From assembly GCA_965203325.1 (NCBI GenBank), contig OZ241875.1, forward strand, positions 3,680,001-3,744,000: DNA of 64,000 nucleotides. Direction: 5' to 3'. Shown piece by piece: positions 50,157 to 59,701 of the stretch (position 1 is its first letter; every line of letters starts with the position of its first letter). The position numbers and the translations under genes are program-made. The DNA comes from a bacterium (GTDB lineage Bacteria; UBA8248). The notes below the pieces were generated by a model. It was not told where the DNA came from. It was given only the letters and a program-made list of their open reading frames with translations, and did no database searches.

Positions 50157-51002
50157 ATGGCTACGGACGAACACACGATTCACCATGAAGACATGCGAGG
50201 CCGGATTCTCTCAGCGGATTCGATGACGTATTTTGACGAAAGGGTTGGGGAAAGGGACGTTCTCATTGGAGGTTCTTACGCCGCACGAATGACGATTGCC
50301 TGGGCAATGCGGCTGGGTGCGAGAGCAATCATTGCCCATGCAGCGGGAGTCGGGAAGGATGATGCGGGGATCAGCGGCTTGTCTTTGGCTCAGGAATATC
50401 ATGTGCCTGCGCTGGCGTGTGAGACCATGTCCGCGAGGCTCGCCGCGGGAGAATCCGTGTATGAAGGCAAAGTCGGCCATGCGAATCAGGCAGCCCGAAG
50501 TCTTGGTGTTGAAATCGGTCAGTCGATTGCTGAAGCTTCGAATCATTTGCTCGATGCCGAGATGGGCCGGAAAGTAATTGTCGAGGAAAGTCTTGATGAT
50601 AGAATTTATGAACTAGAGCAATTTCCGAATGGTAACATACGCGCTTCATGGGGTATTCCCGTCCTGCGTTCCATCAAAGAACCAAGGCCAGATGATGTCT
50701 TTATCCAGGCTTCTCATTGCGGACTTACTCTCGTCCCTCATGTTATGGAGCTTAATCTGAAGGGTGTAATTGCGAATGATGCGGGCCGGGGGAAAGATGA
50801 TTCTGGTATCGCGTCTTTCCCCTATCTGTCGCGAGAGGGGATAGCCGTGGCGGCGGTCGGCGCAATGAGCGCGCGCATTGGCGATGTGATGAGCACATGG
50901 GAGGACGGCATCATTTCATGTATGAATGAAGTAGCCGAAAAGCGTGGGGTGCGAGAAGGCATGCGGACGCGAGAGGCGGCTCACGCCATGCTCAATGCGT
51001 GA
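50157..51002 (+). CDS. Hypothetical protein with two internally repeated domains
   Basis: HAAGVGKDDAGISGL...MSARL...N..A vs NDAGRGKDDSGIASF...MSARI...N..A. Confidence 0.75.
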   Translation: MATDEHTIHHEDMRGRILSADSMTYFDERVGERDVLIGGSYAARMTIAWAMRLGARAIIAHAAGVGKDDAGISGLSLAQEYHVPALACETMSARLAAGESVYEGKVGHANQAARSLGVEIGQSIAEASNHLLDAEMGRKVIVEESLDDRIYELEQFPNGNIRASWGIPVLRSIKEPRPDDVFIQASHCGLTLVPHVMELNLKGVIANDAGRGKDDSGIASFPYLSREGIAVAAVGAMSARIGDVMSTWEDGIISCMNEVAEKRGVREGMRTREAAHAMLNA

Positions 51003-51011
51003 GGGTTTCAA

Positions 51012-51087
51012 TGGTGGAGGTGAGGGGATTCGAACCCCTGACCTCGTGGGTGCGATCCACGCGCTCTCCCATCTGAGCTACACCCCC
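51012..51087 (-). tRNA. tRNA-Ala(CGC)
   Basis: GGGGGTG/CACCTCC acceptor with G3:U70, anticodon arm CGTGG-AT-CGC-AC-CCACG, GGTTCGAATCC, CCA. Confidence 0.96.
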
Positions 51088-51140
51088 ACAAAAGGAACTT
51101 GAAGGTAGGCGAAGGAGCTTCGGGTGTCAAGTAAAATAGG

Positions 51141-51384
51141 GAGAGCCGATGAAGAACTCCCCCTAGGAGACTTCACCGGCTCTCGACCTGCCGCAGAGTC
51201 CGCCCGTTTCCCCCGCAGCAGGGAATTGCTTTTGACTTGAAACAGGAGCCGAGGACTCAACCCCTGAGGTGCATTATCCTCTACTCCCAATCCTGATTTT
51301 GGTGAGAGCCGGGGGATAACCCTCCGAGGATTTTCCCCCGGCTCTCGTCCCGTCGCAGAGTCCGCCCGTTTCCCCCACGACGGG
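51141..51384 (-). ncRNA. Tandem two-copy structured RNA motif of unknown class
   Basis: Two units of about 81 nt with an identical 20-nt core GGGGGAAACGGGCGGACTCT and differing but pairing-preserving stems. Confidence 0.5.
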
Positions 51385-51393
51385 TAAATAATT

Positions 51394-54300
51394 TCAAGAA
51401 CACCCACTCGTTGCGCCACAAGTCATACACTTCAGACACGTGCCGTTTCGCACCAAGGTGAATGAACCACAATCGCCACATGCCTCACCCTCATACCCTT
51501 TGGCGCGGGCTTCTTCGATACGCGAATCGAGGGCGGAGCCTGCTTCTGCTATAGGCGTCAACGAAGCGATGGTGGATTCTTTCTCATAATTCAAACTTAT
51601 CCGGTCACTGCGCGGTGCACTCGCATCCGGTCCCGGGAATACCGTTTGAATCTCCTCTTCTTCTTCGGTGTCGAATTCCGGTATCTCTTCCTGAGGGCGT
51701 CCAATCGTGTCGCTCCTCAAATCCTCCGACACGACTTGTGCAAGATCGTGGCGACCGAGATATGAAACTGCCAACTCACGGAAGATGTAATCGATGATGG
51801 AGGTGCTCATCTTGATGTGCGGGTTTCCTGAAACCGCTCCCCCGGGCTCGAAACGTGTGAAGACGAAGGCATCCACGAATTCATCCAGAGGGACGCCGTG
51901 CTGGAGACCCAGCGAAATTGCGATGGCGAAACAGTTCATGAGGCTTCTGAAGGCAGCGCCTTCTTTGTGCATATCTATGAAAATTTCGCCGATAGAGCCA
52001 TCCTCGTATTCTCCGGTTCTAAGATATACCTTGTGTCCACCGATGACGGCTTTTTGTGTGTATCCACCACGGCGGGTAGGCAACTTGCGTCTTCTGGATT
52101 GGTAAATGATCCGGCGCACAATTTGCTGAGCTACGTGCACGGGAGCGCTTTGAGTAGCTGGTTCTTCCTCATTGATGTCAGCGAAGAGTTCTGCTTCGCT
52201 TTGCGCGGAAAGGGGTTGGCTTAGTTTCGAGCCATCGCGGTAAATCGCTATGGCTTTGGTCATCCGCTGCCACGATTCATGGTAGATGTCCAAAATATCT
52301 TGAATCGTTGATTCCGCGGGCATGTTGATGGTTTTGCTGATGGCGCCTGATATGAAAGGCTGCGCCGCCGCCATCATCCGGACGTGCGCCATGGGGCTGA
52401 TGAAGCGTTTGCCTTCGCGCCCGCATTTGCTCGCGCAATCAAATACAGCCAAGTGCTCTTCTTTTAGGTGGGGTGCGCCCTCAAGCGTCATTTTCCCGCA
52501 AACGAAATCATTCGCTTCGCTGATTTGCTCTGGAGTGAAACCAATGGCTTCGAGCAGATTCATATCCCAGTCGCTTATCTGCGATTCACTGAGTCCTAAT
52601 TGCTCACGACAGAAGTCTTCACCGAGGGAGTATTTGTTGAAGGCAAACTGGATTTCAAACGCCCCTTCGAGCGCGGCTTCCACTTTTTCCAGAGCCTTGC
52701 TCGTAAACCCTTTCTCATGCAAAGACTCCGGATTGATATGAGGCGCATTCGTGAGGGTGCCCCGCCCTCGGCAATAGGCGACGATTTCGCGGACCTCTTC
52801 ATCGTCATAGCCCAGATGCCGCAAGGCAACGGGAACGGATTGGTTGATGATCTTGAAATAACCGCCTCCGGCCAGTTTTTTGAATTTCACCAAGGCAAAA
52901 TCCGGTTCGATTCCCGTTGTGTCACAATCCATCACCAGACCAATGGTGCCTGTCGGCGCGATAACTGTGGCTTGTGCGTTCCGGTAGCCGTTTCGATAGC
53001 CGATGGCCAAAGCATCGTCCCACGCTTCACGCGCCGCTTGGAGAAGATAATCGGGACAGATACCCGCAGCAATTCCGTTTGGCGCTTTAGAGAGCATTTC
53101 GTATTCTGCTTCCGGTACGGAATAAGCTGCGCGGCGGTGGTTTCTCAGAACTCGTAGCATATGTTCTTGGTTATCTTGATATCTGACGAAGGCGCCCAGT
53201 TCTCCGGCCATCTCGGCGCTGGTGGCGTACGAGCAGCCTGTCATGATCGAGGTGAGAGCGCCGCACCACGCTTCCGCTTCCGGAGAATCGTAAGGGATGC
53301 CGAGAACCATTAACGCAGTGCCGAGATTGGCATACCCAAGCCCCAGGGTACGATACTCGAATGAGCGTTTGGCTATTTCCGGGCTGGGGAATTGCGCCAT
53401 GAGCACGGAAATTTCGAGGACAACCGTCAATAGACGAATGACATGACGATAGTCTTCTATCTGGAAATGATTCTTTTCAGTATCTAGGAATTTCATGAGA
53501 TTCATGGATGCCAGATTGCATGCGGTGTCATCCAGGAACATATATTCCGAGCAGGGATTAGAACCATTGATACGCCCATCAGTGGCGCACGTGTGCCAGT
53601 CGTTGATAGTCGTATCGAATTGAAGGCCTGGGTCTGCGCAACACCACGCCGCATACCCAATCTGATCCCAAAGTTCTTTTGAACTAACGGAGTCGGCGAT
53701 TTCACCATCGGTCCGCCGAATCAAGTTCCACTTCGTATTTTTCTCGATGGCTTTCATGAATTTATCTGAAACACGTACCGAATTGTTCGAGTTTTGTCCG
53801 GACGCCGAGGCGTAGGCCTCGCCTTCCCAATTCGTGTCGAATTCCTCGAACTCGATCTCGGTGATGCCTTGCTGCGCGAGTTGAAGAGTTCGATGAATGT
53901 AATTGTCCGGAACACCGGCGAGCCTTGCGGCGCGTATCGCTTTGGCGAGCGATGGGTTCTTGTCCGGCTGATGGAGGTTGCCATTCAAGGTCAGGTTCTT
54001 CTCTTTCCGGCAAGCTCCGAGAATGGCGTTCATGTGCCGGTTGCACATCTTGCTGCCCGATACGAGCGCAGCCACTTTCTGTTCTTCGTGCACCTTCCAG
54101 TTGATGAATTCCTCGATGTCGGGATGATCGATATCGAGCGTGACCATTTTCGCCGCGCGGCGTGTCGTGCCGCCCGACTTGATGGCGCCCGCAGCGCGGT
54201 CCCCAATCTTGAGGAAACTCATCAGGCCGGAGCTTTTTCCGCCTCCCGAGAGAGATTCTCCTTCTGCTCTCAAGCTAGTGAAATTCGTGCCGGTGCCCGA

Positions 54301-54984
54301 GCCGTATTTGAAGATGCGCGCCTCTCGCGTCCATAAATCCATGATCCCACCCTCGTTGACGAGATCATCTTTCACCGATTGGATGAAGCACGCGTGCGGC
54401 TGGGGACGTTCATAGGCGTTGGTGGAGCGGAGTATTTCCCCGGTTTCGGGGTCGCAATAGAAATGGCCCTGTGCGGGGCGCGTAATGCCGTAGGCCCAGT
54501 GGAGGCCCGTATTGAACCACTGCGGCGAGTTGGGAGCCGCCATCTGGCTCGCGAGTATGTATACAAGCTCCTCATAGAACGCCTTGGCGTCCTCTTCGGT
54601 GTGAAAATAACCGTGTTTCCAGCCCCAATACGTCCAGCATCCCGCCAGGCGGTGGAAAACGTCCCGTGCGTCTTGTTCGCTCCCGTATTGCTCATCCTCG
54701 GGCAGGGATTCGAGTTTTTCCGTGTCCGGCTCCGAGCGCTGCAGCCACTCGGGCACGCCGTCTTCGGGAATCTTTTTCGAGTGGGCGGGGACGCCGGCTT
54801 TTCGGAAGTATTTTTGCGCCAGGATGTCGACGGCCACCTGAGACCAGTTCTCCGGCGCCATGATGTCCTTCGCTTCGAAGACGACCGAACCGTCCGGGTT
54901 GGTGATGCGTGAGGTGCGCGGCGCGAAACCGACCTCGCTATACGCGTCATCTCCGTCCCGTGTAAAACGCCTCGTAAACTCCAC
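51394..54984 (-). CDS. nrdJ: Class II (adenosylcobalamin-dependent) ribonucleotide reductase
   Basis: [49 protein letters not shown]-terminal CGDC...[11 protein letters not shown]. Confidence 0.95.
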   Translation of the reverse strand: MEFTRRFTRDGDDAYSEVGFAPRTSRITNPDGSVVFEAKDIMAPENWSQVAVDILAQKYFRKAGVPAHSKKIPEDGVPEWLQRSEPDTEKLESLPEDEQYGSEQDARDVFHRLAGCWTYWGWKHGYFHTEEDAKAFYEELVYILASQMAAPNSPQWFNTGLHWAYGITRPAQGHFYCDPETGEILRSTNAYERPQPHACFIQSVKDDLVNEGGIMDLWTREARIFKYGSGTGTNFTSLRAEGESLSGGGKSSGLMSFLKIGDRAAGAIKSGGTTRRAAKMVTLDIDHPDIEEFINWKVHEEQKVAALVSGSKMCNRHMNAILGACRKEKNLTLNGNLHQPDKNPSLAKAIRAARLAGVPDNYIHRTLQLAQQGITEIEFEEFDTNWEGEAYASASGQNSNNSVRVSDKFMKAIEKNTKWNLIRRTDGEIADSVSSKELWDQIGYAAWCCADPGLQFDTTINDWHTCATDGRINGSNPCSEYMFLDDTACNLASMNLMKFLDTEKNHFQIEDYRHVIRLLTVVLEISVLMAQFPSPEIAKRSFEYRTLGLGYANLGTALMVLGIPYDSPEAEAWCGALTSIMTGCSYATSAEMAGELGAFVRYQDNQEHMLRVLRNHRRAAYSVPEAEYEMLSKAPNGIAAGICPDYLLQAAREAWDDALAIGYRNGYRNAQATVIAPTGTIGLVMDCDTTGIEPDFALVKFKKLAGGGYFKIINQSVPVALRHLGYDDEEVREIVAYCRGRGTLTNAPHINPESLHEKGFTSKALEKVEAALEGAFEIQFAFNKYSLGEDFCREQLGLSESQISDWDMNLLEAIGFTPEQISEANDFVCGKMTLEGAPHLKEEHLAVFDCASKCGREGKRFISPMAHVRMMAAAQPFISGAISKTINMPAESTIQDILDIYHESWQRMTKAIAIYRDGSKLSQPLSAQSEAELFADINEEEPATQSAPVHVAQQIVRRIIYQSRRRKLPTRRGGYTQKAVIGGHKVYLRTGEYEDGSIGEIFIDMHKEGAAFRSLMNCFAIAISLGLQHGVPLDEFVDAFVFTRFEPGGAVSGNPHIKMSTSIIDYIFRELAVSYLGRHDLAQVVSEDLRSDTIGRPQEEIPEFDTEEEEEIQTVFPGPDASAPRSDRISLNYEKESTIASLTPIAEAGSALDSRIEEARAKGYEGEACGDCGSFTLVRNGTCLKCMTCGATSGCS

Positions 54985-55018
54985 TTCCCGTCTCCTTCGC
55001 AGGGCGCCCCGCTATGCC

Positions 55019-55166
55019 GGGGCATATTTAGTATGACGAAATCAAGCCGTAACACTAAATGTAGTATGTTTTGCTATCGTCTGTCAATACCCTAAAAACG
55101 GATATGCACAAAATATATGAACTTACCCACACGTTATCCCCAAATGTTGTGTTTTCCTGTGGATAA
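55019..55166. promoter_or_regulatory. NrdR-box-like and DnaA-box-like sites upstream of nrdJ
   Basis: ACACTAAATGTAGTAT (55052-55067), a weaker box at 55019-55034 and TCCCCAAATGTTGTGT near 55137; DnaA box TGTGGATAA (55158-55166) plus TTACCCACA and TTATCCCCA. Confidence 0.55.
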
Positions 55167-55460
55167 GCGGCGCAAGAAGGGCAATTGGGGGCAGAGTACC
55201 GCGCCGTCAGCCCGCACCGCCTCGTTTTGAGGGGCCGCGACGCGCCCCGGGAAGGTGCGCCGGAGCGCCTGAATCTGGAGGGAAGAGCCGCCATCCGCCA
55301 GGCTGATACCGCGAAAAACGCCCTGCAACTCCCCGCATTTGCGCGCATTTCCCCTCGTTAATTTATCGAAAAACACCGTGAATTTATCTGAATTTATCGA
55401 ATTTTTCAGTATTGTTCAGGAATGGTAAGGCTCGGTTTCGCCGCCCGGCGTTCGCCGCAA

Positions 55461-55640
55461 TGACCCCCTCTCCCTGAAACCCGGATAGCGCTGTGAGAGA
55501 TTCTGCAACGGCCGTCCTCCAAGCGGCGACCCGTGGCTTCAAGAGCGAAGACCGCGCGTCGAGCAGGGGGATGGTACACCCTTTCGGAACGCGCTTCTGC
55601 GGGGAAATGCGTGGTCGAACCCGTCTGAGGATGGGGGTCA
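55461..55640 (-). ncRNA. Putative 6S RNA-like rod-shaped RNA
   Basis: 180 nt; ends pair (UGACCCCC/GGGGGUCA), long imperfect apical stem and central bubble; strand uncertain. Confidence 0.45.
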
Positions 55641-55755
55641 AGCGCGAGTGAGGAGGGAGCGTTTGCCGACCAATGTGGGGGTCAGCTTTTCCGGTACGGG
55701 GGTAGGAGAGACTGAGGCAGGAGGGGCTGGGCGACGGATTAACACACAGGGTCGC

Positions 55756-56121
55756 TCAGTCCTGCTCCAAGAGTACAGCCAGCTTTTCGAGCGTCTCGCC
55801 CACCACGCGCGGCGGAGCCTGCGACGCGAGGCGCGCGCCTCTGGCGCGCCAATCGAGGCTCTTCACCTGATCGGCGAGAACCACGCCCGTAACGGGGCCT
55901 TCGGCGGGCAGCGTCACCTCGAAGGGATAGCCCTTGACTCTCGAGGTGATGGGGCAGAGCAGCGCCAGACTGCTTTTCTCGTTATAGCTTCGGGGGCTGA
56001 CGACCAGCGCGGGGCGGCGACCCGCCTGCTCGTGCCCGGCCTGGGGGGTGAAAGAAAGCCAGACGACGTCGCCTCTGCCCGGAACGTAGTCCGCGCCTGA
56101 AACCTCCCGTCTCGCTATCAC
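55756..56121 (-). CDS. mazF: MazF/PemK endoribonuclease toxin
   Basis: YVPGRGDVVWLSFTPQAGHEQAGRRPALVVS, CPITS, DQVKSLDW. Confidence 0.93.
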   Translation of the reverse strand: MIARREVSGADYVPGRGDVVWLSFTPQAGHEQAGRRPALVVSPRSYNEKSSLALLCPITSRVKGYPFEVTLPAEGPVTGVVLADQVKSLDWRARGARLASQAPPRVVGETLEKLAVLLEQD

Positions 56122-56354
56122 GCCTCGGCGCCCTGCGCCGGACCGGCGTCTTGCTCGGCGTGTAGGTTGCCCGCGTTTATTTCGGCGAGCATGTCGGCCA
56201 GTCGGTAACCTCTCTTTCTCATCACCACCCGGTCGCCGCGCGCGTTCATCTCGATGGCCGAACCCTCGCGCACGCCCCATTGCTCGGCGATGGGCTTGGG
56301 GATGCGGACGGCCAGGCTGTCCCCCCATTTGGCGATGTGCGATTTTGCACCCAT
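56118..56354 (-). CDS. mazE: MazE/AbrB family antitoxin
   Basis: KWGDSLAVRIPK; 4-nt overlap with the toxin. Confidence 0.9.
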   Translation of the reverse strand: MGAKSHIAKWGDSLAVRIPKPIAEQWGVREGSAIEMNARGDRVVMRKRGYRLADMLAEINAGNLHAEQDAGPAQGAEA

Positions 56355-56531
56355 GCGGTTATCCTCCTATTGAGAAATCATATCTATAATATATATCTAA
56401 ATGAAAGCGTTGTCGAGAAAAACTGAGATATTGAATGAGATTAGGGATGATATGGCCTTGACGAATCGTTTATGGAAACGCCATACATCCACGTCGGGAA
56501 TAATCCATGTCGCCGGAAATGGAGAATGTAA

Positions 56532-56705
56532 ATGAACCGGATGAATTTGATTGGGAAAGACGAACTCTTGGCGCCCGTTGAACGCCCCGCTATCGAGCTT
56601 GATGATGAGGCCTACAATGCGTTTCTCGCGGCCTTCGATACGCCTGCCGAACCGAACGAGCGCTTGCGAGAGCGCCTTAAGCGCAGGCCGTTTTGGGAGA
56701 ATTAA
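56532..56705 (+). pseudogene. DUF1778/TacA-type antitoxin C-terminal fragment (57 aa)
   Basis: IELDDEAYNAFLAAFDTPAEPNERLRERLKRRPFWEN; lacks the N-terminal RHH part; no GNAT toxin follows. Confidence 0.55.
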
Positions 56706-56778
56706 TGGGATCCGAGCCACTCGTGGTGATAAGTTAGGGTGTCTTTATGGAGGCGCATCGAACAAGAGGACTTATACA

Positions 56779-57456
56779 ATGAACACAGATTTACAAGATG
56801 ATGACATGACAAAAGAGCTTCTCAACAATTTTGAATGGGTTGTTCAGGAAATGAATAAATTTGGACATGCTGTGCTTTGCGCCGTCCCGAAAAATAATCC
56901 TGAATTTAATGAAGAAATAGTTAACTGGCAGGAGATTTGGGAGCGGGATAAAGTGCAGGATTTGGCCGAATCACTGTCGGCTGAATCCGGAATAGAAATA
57001 ACGGGGATTCGCTCGAACCGTGATGATCCTCCTGACTGCTTCGCTATTCGGACGGGAGAAGGAATAGGAATCGAAGTTACGATATTAATCAAATCGAAAA
57101 TTCTCAGGCGCATTGCTCAAGCCCGGCCAGACCGGAGAAATCGAAAATCTTATCCATCCTGGGAAAAGTTCTTAGATGAGCAATGGACCCATGAAGAATT
57201 TATAAAGGAAGTCCAGAATCTAATCATTAAGAAAGATGATAAAGCCAAGAACAAGGTTATTATTGATGTGCTCCTCATATATACCGATGAAGGTGATTTG
57301 TCGCCGGAGCGTCTAAAGGATTGGTTGTCGAATCAGAAATTTTTTGCGACTAACATTAAAGAAGTGTTTTTGCTTCGTTCTTATTGGCCGGGCTACAAAG
57401 AGCACGCACCACTATTCAAGCCGAATATTGAACGTAGTGAAATTTCTGACGAATAG
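56779..57456 (+). CDS. AT-rich hypothetical protein, possible PD-(D/E)xK-like fold
   Basis: Open frame with DPPDCFA...IGIEVT; markedly lower GC than flanks. Confidence 0.55.
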   Translation: MNTDLQDDDMTKELLNNFEWVVQEMNKFGHAVLCAVPKNNPEFNEEIVNWQEIWERDKVQDLAESLSAESGIEITGIRSNRDDPPDCFAIRTGEGIGIEVTILIKSKILRRIAQARPDRRNRKSYPSWEKFLDEQWTHEEFIKEVQNLIIKKDDKAKNKVIIDVLLIYTDEGDLSPERLKDWLSNQKFFATNIKEVFLLRSYWPGYKEHAPLFKPNIERSEISDE

Positions 57457-57638
57457 TTTCGTGGACCCAAAACTTAATTCCCTAGGCATTTCATTCCACA
57501 TTCTGTCGATCACTGTTCGGCCGATTTTCTTTTGATGCTTAACCTCCCAACCCCTCCCCCCATTTGGCATCGGCGCGGAACCTTGGTCTAATGGGCGCGG
57601 TTTATCGTCTTTGGAGCGCCTAACCCGAAGGAGGAAAC

Positions 57639-59045
57639 ATGGCGGCGTATGACGTGGCGGTTATCGGCGGGGGGCCTGCGGGCTACGTGGCGGGCGTGCG
57701 CGTCGCCCAGAGCGGGGGAAGCTGCGTGGTCATCGAGCGCGACGAGCTGGGCGGCACCTGCCTGAACTGGGGCTGCATCCCCAGCAAGAGCCTCATCGCC
57801 GCCGCGGAAGTGTATCGGAACATCAAGAACGCGGACGCCTACGGCATCGAGGTCACGGGCGAAGTGCGCGCCGACTTGGCCGCCATGGTCGAGCGCAAGG
57901 ACAAGATAGTCGCAGGCCTGGTAAGGGGAATCGGCGGGCTGTTCAAGGCCCACGGGGTGGCCCACATGGCGGGCGAAGCCGAGATTCTGGAGATGGGCAA
58001 AATCTCGGTGCGCGGAGAAGACGGCGAGCACGAGGTGGTCGAGGCCGGTAAGATCATCATCGCCACGGGTTCCCGGCCCGCGCAGATTCCCGCCTTTCCC
58101 ATCGACGGCGAAAAAATCATCTCATCCGAACAGGCCGTGCACCTGAAAAATCTGCCCGAGAGGGTGCTCATCGTGGGCGCGGGCGTCATCGGCTGTGAGT
58201 TCGCGTGTCTGTATAGAGAGCTCGGGGCGGAGGTGACGATGGTGGAACTGCTCGACCGCGTCCTGCCCTTAGGAGACGAGGATGTCTCGAAACTCATGGC
58301 GCGCGAACTCAGGAAGCAGAAGATCAAGGTGCGCCTGAATGAAAAGATAACGGGCGTCTCGCGCAAGGGCAGGGCAATGGTCGCCGGCTTCGAGGGTTCG
58401 GATGATGAGGAGCGCGCGGACCTGGTCCTCGTCTCCGTGGGCCGGACGATGAACACCGACGGCCTGGGTCTCGATCGAATCGGCGTCGAACTCGGCCCGC
58501 GCGGCGAAATCAAGGTGAACGATTTGATGGAGACGAACGTCTCTGGCGTCTACGCGGCGGGCGACGTGGTGGGCGAGCCCATGCTCGCGCACGTGGCCTC
58601 CGCCGAGGGGGTCGCCGCTGCGGAAAACGCCATGGGCGCGGAGATACGGATGGATTACCGCGCGATTCCGGCGGGCATCTTCACGCATCCTGAAATCGGC
58701 GTCGTCGGCATGGCCGAACACGAGGCGGAGAAGGCGGGGCACGCGGTGCGCGTGGGCAAGTTCTCGGTTCGCACGCTCGGCAAGGCGCAGGCCGAACGCG
58801 CGCTGGAGGGAGAGGTTAAGGTCATCGCCGATGCGGGGGATGACGCCATCCTGGGCGTTCACATCGTAGGCGCCCACGCCGCCGACATCGTGCACGAGGC
58901 CGCCGTCGCCATGCAGCACCGCGTCACCGCTTCGGAAATGGCAAGCACCATTCACTCCCACCCCACGCTTTCGGAAGCCGTCATGGAGGCGGCATTGGAC
59001 GTCCACGGCGAGGCCATCCACGCCCCACCCAAGAAACGTTCATAA
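57639..59045 (+). CDS. lpdA: Dihydrolipoyl dehydrogenase (E3)
   Basis: GGGPAGY, GGTCLNWGCIPSK, GAGVIGCE, HSHPTLSEA. Confidence 0.95.
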   Translation: MAAYDVAVIGGGPAGYVAGVRVAQSGGSCVVIERDELGGTCLNWGCIPSKSLIAAAEVYRNIKNADAYGIEVTGEVRADLAAMVERKDKIVAGLVRGIGGLFKAHGVAHMAGEAEILEMGKISVRGEDGEHEVVEAGKIIIATGSRPAQIPAFPIDGEKIISSEQAVHLKNLPERVLIVGAGVIGCEFACLYRELGAEVTMVELLDRVLPLGDEDVSKLMARELRKQKIKVRLNEKITGVSRKGRAMVAGFEGSDDEERADLVLVSVGRTMNTDGLGLDRIGVELGPRGEIKVNDLMETNVSGVYAAGDVVGEPMLAHVASAEGVAAAENAMGAEIRMDYRAIPAGIFTHPEIGVVGMAEHEAEKAGHAVRVGKFSVRTLGKAQAERALEGEVKVIADAGDDAILGVHIVGAHAADIVHEAAVAMQHRVTASEMASTIHSHPTLSEAVMEAALDVHGEAIHAPPKKRS

Positions 59046-59046
59046 G

Positions 59047-59662
59047 GGGGTTGTTGACCCTCCCCCCAATGGGATTGTTGAACAAGCCCTATCCACCTCA
59101 TCCTGAGTAGCGGCGGAGCCGCGTATCGAAGGTCAAATGCGATTGATGAATGAGCGCTTGCTCTCGCCCGGCGCGGCTGCCGAATTCGCTCTCGAACAGC
59201 ATTGCCATCCGGCGAGAGAGAAGAGAACCACTCTCCCTTGTCAGGGGATAAAGGCAACCCCCCCTACCCCCCCTTGACAGGGGAGTAAAAGCGACGCCCC
59301 CCGGCGAGGGGCTGTTGAGAAAGCCCCGTGGAGCGATTTTGGGAATTCAGGCAACCGACGAGAGAGAAGAAATCACTCCCCCCTTGAGGGGGAGTCGAAG
59401 AGGCCGAGCGGTTTGTGCGAAGGCCGATTCGGTGGGGGGAGCTTTTTCTGTGGCATGTCCCCCCACCGATTCGCTTGCGGGCTTACGCCCTTAGCTCATC
59501 GACTCCCCCTCAAGGGGGGAGTGAAATTCAACGCGCTCCCTCAGGGGACTTTTTCAACAGCCATGACAAGGGGGGGTGGTTTTCAAGGCGACAAGGCATC
59601 CTTCGATACGCGGCTTCGCCGCTACTCAGGATGAGGCGGAGAGGACTTTTTCAACAACCCCA
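59047..59662. repeat. Nested mosaic of at least three palindromic repeat families
   Basis: GGGGTTGTTG.../...CAACAACCCC ends; inverted CTCATCCTGAGTAGCGGC pair; CCCCCCTACCCCCC family; 59372-59524 CACTCCCCCCTTGAGG element. Confidence 0.8.
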
Positions 59663-59701
59663 ACAGGGGTCGTCGAAACAACCTTGCGGATTTCGGGAGA
59701 A

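Noticed and set aside
51394..54984. Intein or intron in nrdJ
   Set aside because: Continuous ORF of plausible length with no intein splice motifs or homing-endonuclease block noticed
16088..59045. E1 alpha/beta and lpdA as one operon split by a 39-kb insertion
   Set aside because: The intervening DNA includes core genes (queF, nrdJ, tRNA-Ala) and no junction repeats support a single insertion
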